From contig CAJINV010000007.1 of the NCBI GenBank assembly GCA_905178155.1, positions 3,299,800-3,363,799 on the forward strand: a DNA stretch of 64,000 nucleotides. Direction: 5' to 3'. Below the pieces are notes generated by a model, which worked only from the letters and a program-made list of their open reading frames with translations, was not told where the DNA came from and did no database searches. The position numbers and the translations under genes were made by a program. This document shows, piece by piece, positions 34,127-44,550 of the stretch; the first letter of the stretch is position 1; each line of letters starts with the position of its first letter. The DNA comes from Amoebophrya sp. A120 (lineage: Eukaryota; Protista; Dinoflagellata).

Positions 34127-37100
34127 ATGATTTCCGCCAGTCTGGACCATGGGGCGAGCGGCAGCTCGCTGGCGATCGGTCAATCTTCGTCGCCAAACAA
34201 GGAGTCGGGTATCAAATGTAAAAATGTCTGGGTCTGGAAGAAAGCAAGGTTGTCATGCTTGTCTGGCATGCCTCGAGGATCTGTGTTGCATAGGCACGAA
34301 AAGGTCCTCTTATCTGTCATGCAAAAACGCAGTTTGCCATGCGGAATACGTAACACATGGCAGCCAAAAAATTGTCATGCGTCGCTGCGTATTGCAGTGT
34401 GTCTATCGTTCACTTTTAGCATTACAAGTTTCCAGACCCAGACGTATTTGCAATCCATATCGGGGTTTGACGAGCAATTTCTGTCGAAATACGTGCAGCA
34501 GCGGGATGAAGCGGCGGAGGCGGTGCATCTACAAAGCGCGGACGAAGACGCAGCCTTGAATCTGGTTAGAAGCAGCTACTTACTTGCCTGCTAGTTTTGC
34601 ATTTTTATATGCAGGAGAACTCATGACCATGACCTTGACCTCATGTATGAAGCGCATAAACTTAAACATGCAGATTCATGTTCATCTTTCTCCACGAATG
34701 CTCTAAGTACTGATCTCGCTGCTTCTATCGTCACACGAAGATGTTGTAGTACAAACTACCTTCTTCAAAACTACAGGGGAACGACGCTGGTTCGAACGCC
34801 GATAGTGAAGAGGAACACGGTTTGAATGTCGAGCGCAAACTGTGCCTGTTTCAAACCCCGGCCATACAGCAAACGCTGCTCAAGTTCTGGCGCACGCTTC
34901 TGAAAACCGCAGCGAGTAAGGAACAGAGGGAGAGGGATAGGGAGGCAAAGCAGTCGGGAAGGGCTGCTACTCCAGTGGTGGAGTCGAGCACGATTGGGAT
35001 GGGTAATTTCTTTGTGAGGTCTGTTCTTGACGTCGTGGTTGTCGTGTATCCTGTTCTTCACACCAAGATCAAGCAAAATCAGTCGCGATTATGCTACAAA
35101 TGAATTCAACAGATACCTTCCTCCAGTTCAATATCTTGCTCCAGCGCGTTCTCCTCCAAGAGCAAGAACTCGACTTAAGTACGGCCCGCGCATCTGCGGT
35201 TACAGACTGGCTGGAGTCGACTACCATCGTAGCCGCGGATAACACTACTTTGACGTCGGACGATTCCCAATCGCATCAGTCGAGCATGGAAGACCAACGT
35301 AATTTAGGAGTTTTGTACGCTTGCATACCTCCGAGATGATTTTTTGATGCAAGCTGTCCTGCATTGTTTTCTATCAATCTTCAACATTCGACAGAATCCG
35401 CCAATCGTTCTACTGCATCAAGTACTGGCACGGCTGAAATTGAAATCAATAAAGTACGCCTTAAAGGTCCCATCGACGAACGGCGGATGACGATCGACCA
35501 ATTTGCGCTTTTTCTGTTTGACCTGACCGTGATCTGGTGTCACTTGAGCTACAGTTCCTTCCTCTTCTTCCTCGGCACCCTCTTCCTTCACACGACCAGC
35601 GCGGACCACTTGGAGACGGTCGAATTCAAATTGGAGGACGTGAAAAAAGTCCAGCCCTTGCCGCAGCAATTTTTCCAGATGGCGGCGGATGACTTTGAAT
35701 TTCCGACCATCTCCTCCAGCAAAGTGGTAGGTGTAGATCAACACGCCGATAGTCCTCACGCCGGGTTCTTTGAGCCGTCCCAGTCTACTACGGAGCAACT
35801 GCACACTGGCATTGGCGGGATTCTAGTCGGCAAAGGCGGGGCTTCGTCGTCCACATCTCTTAGCTCGCCCAGACAGTCGAACAAGTCCATGACAATCGCC
35901 GCAGCGCCACACTTACCCAGCTCGCTGGCGAACAGTCGTGCGTTTTTAGAAGGACAAGGAACTACAACAGCAGCTGACGCGGGGACTTTTTCACAGCAGA
36001 ACTTGTTTTCTGCGGCAGTTTCAACCACCGAGGTCTTCGGGGCGGGAACAACTAGTCAACAACAACAGCACACCTCCCGGAAGCAGGTAGAGCAGCAGCT
36101 ACAGGAAGAACAACTGCTCCACGACGAGCAAGACGAGGCGAAGCAGTTTGAGAAATGGTACCAGATGAACTTCCAGACCGAGGTATCAAATACGAAAATG
36201 CGTGGGTCTGGAAGATTGCGAGATTTGTCATGCTTGTCTGGCATGACCAAAAAGTTTGCGATGCGTATCCAAGAAGAGACTCTTTTGCCTGTCATGCAAA
36301 AACGCAGTTTGTCATGCGAAAAAGAAAAACGCAACACAAAGAAGCGCAGATATTTCTCATGCTTGGCTGTGCATTACAGAGCATTCATTATACCCAACGC
36401 AGCATTACGAGTTTCCAGACCCAGACATTTTTGCAATCCATACGAGGACGAAACGTTATTGTTCGTGCAACGGCAGATGTTCGAAGTGACCAGGGATATC
36501 CGAGCGGTTTTTCTCTTCCCCGGACCATCCGGCGGTAAGAACAACAAGCTGACGAACCGCGCACGGATACTGGAGCTCTTGGACGCAGCAAAGAGGCTGC
36601 AAATGGATTTGGAGAAAATTGCGCCGGTATATTGATTTGGAATGATAATTTGTGAGACTGAGAGTGAGCGTGAAGGGACTCCTCGTATGAAGAAGCATGC
36701 TCATGGTCATGAGCACGGCGCATTTTATTTAGAATATGTTGAATGACCCAACATGACCATGCATTGGAACTAGAAGTGGGAGTTGTCGGAACGGTAGCTG
36801 CTGCTTGATGATCATTCCGTCCTTTCAGGTCAAGGCTTCGGCGCTTCTCACCAGCGTCGGTCCGTACAACCGGGTAGAGCGGGCGGCGGCGATGAAACAG
36901 TCCATGTCTTCCCCTTCCACTAGCCCGGGAAAACATCATCAACCAGTCGCAACATCACCTGCGAGTCCTGGCAAGAAACATCAAGATTTCAGCCTGATTC
37001 CGAAATCCCTTCGCCCCGGGGGCGGCCGAATGCCACAGGACAAAGACCCGCACCCCTTCTACCAGACCCAAACGGAGGCGGCTGGCATGTACTTTTCCCA

Positions 37101-38781
37101 GGCGAAGAGACGGCCGGACAAGTACTTGGTGGTGGGGAAAGTCGAGGACTTCCGGCGGCGAAGGGCGAGCGGTGCGGCTGGCAACGTCAACATGTTTCAT
37201 CAACAACCGAAGGCCGGGGGGTCATCATTACATCATGGGACTGCTGCATCAAGTCCGGGGAAAACGAAGTTGTCCAGCTTGCACTCCGGGCAGGAGATGA
37301 GCAGCACGGTCGCCGATAGCAAGGGGAAACGGACCATGCTGGTCGAGACCGGCCACGGGTGGCGATCCGGGTTTTCCACCACGCAAAATGAACTGCCCCT
37401 CGGCGTGCCGCAGCGGTTCGGGGCGCCGGAGTTCCTGCGTTTCCCCTCGCAGGATGACGTGGAGCAGTGGAACCGGCCCAGGAGTCACAGTCCACCAAAA
37501 CTCAGCAGCAGCGTCGGGTTTCAAGTTCAACGCCAAAATCCCACGAGCGGGAGTGCAGGTGAAGCAGCTGCTCTATCAAGTACAACTTCTAAGGTCAACG
37601 CTTCTACTGCTGCGCTTGCCCCTGCTGCGAAACTACACGCATCCTCCGCCGACAAACTTTTACCTGCAGTGATGTCGCCCACAAAAGAGGCAGAAACGGT
37701 GCGGGACTTCGTGGCCAGGTTTGAAGTGTATTTGCGAGAGCAAGGACAGGTGGAAGAGCCGTTGCCGACTTACGATCTGCCAATAAGGATACCAGAGGTG
37801 AGTGGGAGAATTTTGGCAGCGTGTTTTGTCAAAATATTCCGTTTTGTTTTGCATAGATTTTGGTTCGTATAATGCTTATGCTATGCATCCCAGAAATGCG
37901 TTGTACCCCACCCAAATCTATCAGGTTTATTCGAACCAGCTGAAACCTTGGCTCGCAACGAAAGCGGACGATATCCTTTACTGGGTCAAGGGACAGGAGG
38001 AGCAAGTGGTGGAGAAAACGCGGAAATTCCAGTCCATTCAGGGGCTCCCCGGTCCCCTGGCCAACGGCTCCGCCACTGTGTGGAGCGACATGCGGGCGCG
38101 CTTGGCCCGGATCCTGGCCCGGGGCGAGAAGCGAGTCGAGCGGAAAAAGAAGAAGAAGCAGCCGGGCGCGAAAAAGAAAAAGCGCGAAATGGCGGAGCAG
38201 CACGGCGGGACGGAGAAGATGCAGACGTTTGTCGTGCCAAGCAGCGTGAATGTGAGCACTGGTGCGGGTTCTGCTGCTGGAGACAAGAGTAACAGTGCAG
38301 CGGCTGCTGGTGCTGCTAATAAAATGAACTATCAGCAATTCGCGGACGCGAAGGCGCATATAAATCGCCTCGCCGACCCACCAAATGCTGCGAGCAAGGG
38401 GACCAGGAGAGGTACTGTAGTTCTTCCCTTCGTAGAATCGATTCATTTCACAAATTTTCCGCCCGAAGAGGAAGCAGAACTTTTTTGCTTTGAGACGACT
38501 CTGTATTCAACATCAACATTCATTGTGCAACTACAACACCAGGTCGCGGCGCCGGCGGGCCGGACAAGAAACTGCCGACTTGGGTTAAAGACCTCCCAGG
38601 GCGCGAATTCGCGTCGTTCCTCGCCCAGAAAGTGGTCGATGAGCAGAACCTGTTGCAGAATGTGTCACAGGCAGAAAGGATACGCATTTCGCCGAACGAT
38701 GAAGAGATCTGCAGTCCGGGGATGCCGACGCCGAACGATTTGCCGTCGGTTTTGTGGAAGCCCGGGGAGAGCTATGCTTGA
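34127..38781 (+). CDS. Large multi-exon uncharacterised protein containing two family-D introners
   Basis: GT-AG introns at 34565-34776, 35003-35112, 35299-35394, 36627-36828, 37798-37924 and 38412-38542, plus elements 34210-34459 and 36184-36442. All junctions are in phase, and the protein ends ...VLWKPGESYA*. Confidence 0.78.
34210..34459 (+). mobile_element. Introner family D copy 2 (250 bp)
   Basis: Ends tatcaaatgtaaaaatgtctgggtctggaa / ttccagacccagacgtatttgcaatccata. TSD TCGGG at 34205-34209 and 34460-34464. Removal gives KESGFDEQ. Confidence 0.95.
36184..36442 (+). mobile_element. Introner family D copy 3 (259 bp)
   Basis: Ends tatcaaatacgaaaatgcgtgggtctggaa / ttccagacccagacatttttgcaatccata. 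TSD CGAGG at 36179-36183 and 36443-36447. Equivalent to a GT-AG intron at 36183-36446, giving QTEDETLL. Confidence 0.95.
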
Positions 38782-39819
38782 GTAATTAAGCGAGGCTTTT
38801 CGTAATTTTCAACACGCACTACCCCTACGGTCCGAAGCAAATTCAAATCAAATGCTAACGTTATAGATACTACTAGGATGCATCGAAACGAAACACAAAC
38901 AAGCTGCTGTCAAAAATGATCCAATTGCGAAGGAGAGCAAGATCGAACTACGAGCGCTCGACAGCAGCCTGAGGTCGTAGAAGCTAAATGTAGAATTGAT
39001 GAACGCAAAAGAAGAACAGTAGGACTAGCATTGTGCCTACGCTGAATGTAGTCTCGGAGGTTTGCCAAGTTTCAAACAATAGCACCACGAAGAAGAATAG
39101 GTGAAGAAATTATCTCGTTGAAGATGTTGTACTTGTACAAATGGATTTAACACGAACACGATGGCCAAAAGAAAAAGCCTATGCGGCCGCAAAGAAAACC
39201 TGAACCGCCGAAACGTATTTCGCAAAGCACATCAGGAACTGCATGTGGTTGGCTCTTCCTCTCTTGATGTTGGCGCCTTGTTTGGTCCGCCTTCACGTTT
39301 TCATTTTGTGCGGGGTCGTCGCTCGTGGTCCACCTTTGTGAGGTTTGATGTTGATCCATCTCGGTGGAAAGTTCATCCTCATCGATAATTTCACTTGTCC
39401 ATCGTTCAATGCAAAGTTCAAGGTCAATTTCAGTCGTGAACAAAAAGGGACTCTTCGCTTCTCGGAATTCAAGGGCCTGGGGGGGATATTTCTGAGCTCA
39501 TAGTCGTCCTCTGTTAAAATCATCATTATCATTTCATTTTTTGTGACAACGCACATATATACCAATACGAAGCCTTCATCGCCGGGACGAGTTGTAGCAG
39601 TCCGTCTAGGTTTTTTTTTTCTAAGTAATGGTCGACTTTACAGCTAGGCCTAGGACAACCACAACTCCAAGGTCTAGCGTGCCTCCACGAGCAGCCGCTC
39701 TCGTCAATTCGGATGTTTCGGGCATCGTCTACCTAAAAGATTTGGTGCGCATCTTTCAAAAGGTTTCGAAATAGTAGCTGCTACTGCTACTTCTCGGAAA
39801 TAAATCAAGGTTGAAAAGA

Positions 39820-41604
39820 ATGAACAAGCAGGTGGAGATCCAGCTCCAGCCGGGTTCGAACCCTTTCTGGTTCGCCATTCTCGACGGGCTGCACCCCCTC
39901 CGGCCGGAGGAACGGTTGTTCCGTGCAACCAGATGCATCATGACGCAGGTGATCGTGGAAAGAGATCATGACAGCCGACGCGTTTTCGAAGCGGACAATT
40001 TCGTCAACGAGGATTTTTTCAGCTCCAACGTGCACGTGTTCGAATACTACGGGGCGAAGGCACCCAAAGCGGAGCAGATCCGCGACTTCCACGTGCGGGA
40101 TTTTGACAAACACTTCCTCCTCGACCCGTCTTCGTTTCCGAAAATCACCGACGTCAACAGCGGAGTCGGGCAGGGTGCGCACTTCAACCCCTTAGCCCCC
40201 GACGTGGGCGGGAGTTGTCCGGTGGAGGCGTTGCCGCGGGACGAAGACTGGACGTTCATGGAGGAACTGGACACGGATTTACCAGAGGATTCCGTGATAG
40301 ACAACTTTTTGAAGACCAAGATGCGACTCCGTGACGACTGCCGGAAAGATTTGCTGGCGCAAGCCGGGGTGTTTTCCTACGTCAAGATCCAGATTCAAAA
40401 CAAATTTCTCCCAAGGCAGACGTTTGAAACGTATCAATGTTTTTCATTGCGCCCGCTCGTTCCTCGATTCGGATGTACTGTAGGATGAAAGTTAGTATAG
40501 AGATCATGCCATCGCGGCATCACAAAAATGAAGCATGTGTGCAGCACGCAGTAGGAGATCGATCCAAAAAATCAAAAGGTACGTGAGCTTACGTGCAATT
40601 CTGCAAGACCCCGGGCGCTGGTTGAAGGGCGTTTGGCTAGACCTGCTCCCACCAAACGCTGGCCTGGATCCGTCGGTGATGCACAATTTGTCACTGCAGC
40701 GGGGCCGCTTCAAGACAAACACACCGAAAGTATAATCATGATTCAATGGTATTGTTGGTGTGCAGCTGGTGACGAGTTTTTCATTTTTGCTTCATTGTTC
40801 CACTTAGAAGAAAGCCTCGCTGTTTATTTTCTCGAGTGGCCTCCTGGGCATTAATATCGAAACTGGAAATCAAGATCAACAGTCTTTCTAGAAGCTGTGG
40901 AGATGGTCGTTTCAACCCCACATGATCTTCTTCAGATCAAAGTCTGCGCCGGTCTGGGTCTCTCCGACGCGCATATCCAGTCCCTCCTCGAGCCCAACCT
41001 CGGCCCCTCCTGGACCGACGTGCTTAGGGAGGGTTTTCAAGAGACCGCACACCAACTTTCCATCGCGAGGGCGGAGCTGGCCAGCCACGGCCTCGAACTC
41101 TCCACCGGCGGCGTGGCAGGCGGAACATCAAATGTAGGCGACAAAAACAAAAACCCGAACGAGTTTTCCTCCGCCGCAACAACCACCAGTGGCGCCACGG
41201 TGAGCAAGCGACCACGGTCGGACGCGAAGTCTTTGAAGCACTTGCACCTCGAGAAGGAAGAGTGGCGGTTGCACACTTGGAACCTGGCCTCGTTGGTGGA
41301 CCAGCTGAGACGAGATGTGTTGCAGAAAGAACAGGACGTGCGGGACTACTTTCTCCGCGATCAACCCCTGAAGATCAGCATACCAATCGTGGACAGCGGG
41401 ACCTCCGGGACGAGCGGAGAAATACGGGGTGCTAGTGGTGCAGCTGTGATGAACGCCGGCAGCATGCAGCAGAAAAATAAGCCAAGCGGTGCGGGCGGAG
41501 GTGGCAACTCTGGGCGCGGGACGGAAATGCAGAGGCCAGTGAAGAATGTTCCTGTAGTCACGAAAGTTGCCCAACGGAAAATGGCCAGGATGCAGTATGT
41601 GTAG
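39820..41604 (+). CDS. Three-exon uncharacterised protein
   Basis: GT-AG introns 40431-40578 and 40730-40935 join ORFs 39811, 40535 and 40897 in phase (FETYVSLRAIL, TPKIKVCAG). Confidence 0.72.
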
Positions 41605-42242
41605 ATGAAATTTTGTTCTTTATTTCGGGGCCCAGGAGAACAGGCGTACTGCTTTTGCGACCCCACGCAACCAGCCAAACAAAAAATTATATGCTCTTTT
41701 TTGTAAAAAAATACTCAACTACTAACAACTACTCCCTCGTGAATATCAATTTCCTAGAAACCATTTCGCCATCGTGTATGATCATGAAACTGAAAGGGTG
41801 GAGTGCCACTTCTTTGTACAAAACGATAGAAACATGTCGAACAATGACAGCACACTACTTTTTCCCGACTGTGACTTAGCAAGTCTCTTGATGAGCCTAA
41901 GTGCTCTATTTCAGTTGGTTTTCAACTGCTCTTCCTTCTGTTCATGTTCGAGATGAAAAGATGCCTGTTCAACGACGCAAAACCAAAACGCAAAGTGGAA
42001 GCATGTGCATGTCTAATTCAGTTGGTGAACAACGGCGAGATTGATTTGGTACCTGAAGAACAAGACGTAGAAGATTCGTAGGCGTATGCAGGATGATCTT
42101 GGCCTTTAGCGAACGTCGGTCCGCGACGCATTGCTGAAGCGAATACGTAAGTCTGCATTGATGCTCGTGCTATCAAAGCGAGTCTGAAAAGTTCCTCTTC
42201 CAAGTTCTCGCAGCGATCTCTTCCGAACATACTACACTCGTC

Positions 42243-42391
42243 TCTACGTGAGGCTCGAGACGCATCTTCCCATGATCTACGTGAGGCTGACGAGGTACCT
42301 GGGAACCGCATCTTCCCATGCGAGGTGAGACGCAAATTTAGGCCTTTGCCCCCCCCTTTTTGGGACCTGCACACAAAAAACGTTTTTTGTG
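42243..42391. repeat. Intergenic mosaic repeat plus a 20-bp perfect palindrome
   Basis: tctacgtgaggct twice (42243, 42276), cgcatcttcccatg twice (42261, 42307), and palindrome cacaaaaaacgttttttgtg (42372-42391). Confidence 0.75.
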
Positions 42392-42666
42392 AACAATTAT
42401 TGTATTGTATTGTATTGTGGCGATACATGAGTTTTGATCTGCTACACATTTTTTTCTGTTGCTCTACGAAATATAGATGCGACGGCATGATGAAGATGCA
42501 TGTTGTGATATTACAGAGTATGAGTATGTACATTTAAACTACTCGCTTGTGCTTCCTTGTGCTACGTTGGCACAACGCATGATTTTCTCGGCCATATGTG
42601 CAGATAAGTATGATCATCATCACCAGGAGGTTAGTGTCAGCTTCCTCGCCGAAAAAGAAAGTAAAA

Positions 42667-43970
42667 ATGCAGGACGTCGACGCCCAGTCTTATGACGCGG
42701 TAACGCCAGTAGCCGCGCCGGCGAAAGAGCGACGCCGCTCCGGCTCAGCAGCTTCCTCGAGCCCATCGCGTTTATGCGCGACGAGTCCGAAAAATGCAGC
42801 TGGCAGTTTATTGTCCACGAAAGGTGGCAGGAGCAACGCGCCGAGGTCTCCGAAACACCAGATGAATTTATCATCCTCCAGTACAACAACTTCTGCTGCG
42901 AAAAGGTACGAAGTGAAAGATCACTACCCCGAGTTTTCGCCTGCCTCGACCGGTGTGCCCACGCCCAGTGGTATTACATTCATACTTTTCTTTTGTGGTA
43001 TCTGGTGTCCTCTCTGGGAGAAGGACTAAGTAAGTACGTAGGATTGTACCTTTCGAGGTTGTTGTTCCTTGTTGTTCCAGTTGGCTTCTAGTGCTTGGAT
43101 TGACGCAACTTCTGCACTCTTACATTCTCGAAGTCAACGATTGAATTCCGTCTACTTGACTCAGACGGCGCTCCTTCCCTCGGTGCTTCCCACCCGAACC
43201 TCGTGCAGCCCTCCGTGATCCAGCTCCCGCGTGCGCTCACGGAGGAAAAAGCGCCTCGTCCGTTTGTGGACAAAAAACTCCAGGAAGAGTTGCTCGAGCA
43301 GCAGTATTCACCCTCTCTACTCTCGGAGGAGGAGGACTTTGGGAGCTTTACCGAAGACGAGGAAAGCTCCTGCTCCATCGGCATCCGCAGCAGTCTCTCG
43401 CCGACGCCAAGGGTTTCGTACCACATTGCGGACCAGGTAACCTTCGACGGCTGGCGGGATGAGGACAGCGACGAAGAAATAAGGGAACAATTGTCAGCAA
43501 GGAAACCGGATGACGTCGTTTTGGCGAGGAACCCCGGGAGTGTGATCAGGAACAGGAACGGTGTGTCCAGTTTGGACAACTACTTTGACGACGCGAGGAA
43601 GGAGGAAAGAGGTATTCTATTTCTACAACTTAAACTTTTCGTTTTCCCTATGAGGTTTTGCACTTTGTTTTGCTGGATTTGAACGAGATTCAGAATGTAG
43701 CTTGAGCTTTCCGGATCAGAACTATCAGAATTCCATTTTCTGCGCATGCATTTCCGTGAAATTACGAATGTACTCGTTCCATCTTGTTCAGGTCCTTTGT
43801 CCAATCTCCTTCCTGATTACCTTCTCTTCGGCTGCTGCACTACAAATTGCGGGAACCAGCACTCACCACAGCGGTCTTCGCCGGAGCGGATCAATAGCGC
43901 TTTGCCGCAGAATACGCCGCTGCGGAGACGGAGTGTTGGGGGAAACAGTGCGCGGAGTGAAGAGCTGTGA
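42667..43970 (+). CDS. Three-exon Ser/Pro-rich, acidic hypothetical protein
   Basis: GT-AG introns 42971-43164 and 43612-43791 join three ORFs in phase. Confidence 0.65.
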
Positions 43971-44550
43971 TGTAATAGTACACCTGAATTTGATTCATAA
44001 AATGTAGGCATAGACAGTTTCTCGTTCTATCATCTTTTTTTATCTTGAGCTTGATGGTTGGTTTTCTTGACGCTTTTGGTTTCCGAATGATCTTCGCCAT
44101 AGCTAATAACTACACGGCTTTTTTGTGACGTGCATTCACCACTATTCTGTCATGCTACAGGACATGTAAAATAGATTTGTTAGGACCAGGAGTGTAATAG
44201 TAGCAAGAATGCAAAACCACGTTGGCTCTACTTCTGTACGATTTCGACCCTGGAGGACTACATTGATGACGAAATTAAAATGTGTGTACTCGACTGATTT
44301 TGGTAAAATTTGTGCAGCATTTGTGTAGTTTGGTGACACTTCCGCCCAGTAAAAAGGAACTAAACATGGACATCATCGGGATCAACAAAACCCGAAAAAG
44401 AATCAGTCGTGTTCAGGAGCAGTAGGTACTACATCAAGTAGCGCGATGTTGCCGAGGTCTCTCTCTTTGCAATTTCTATGGTCACACCGACCCGCGGCCG
44501 TGATCGTGAAAAAGAGTTTGTGCGCATATAATCGTCTTCCGAATTGGAAA

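Noticed and set aside
40432-40857. Possible TA-ended element (tatcaatg/cattaata)
   Set aside because: There is no TSD, and the region is explained by two GT-AG introns around an internal exon.
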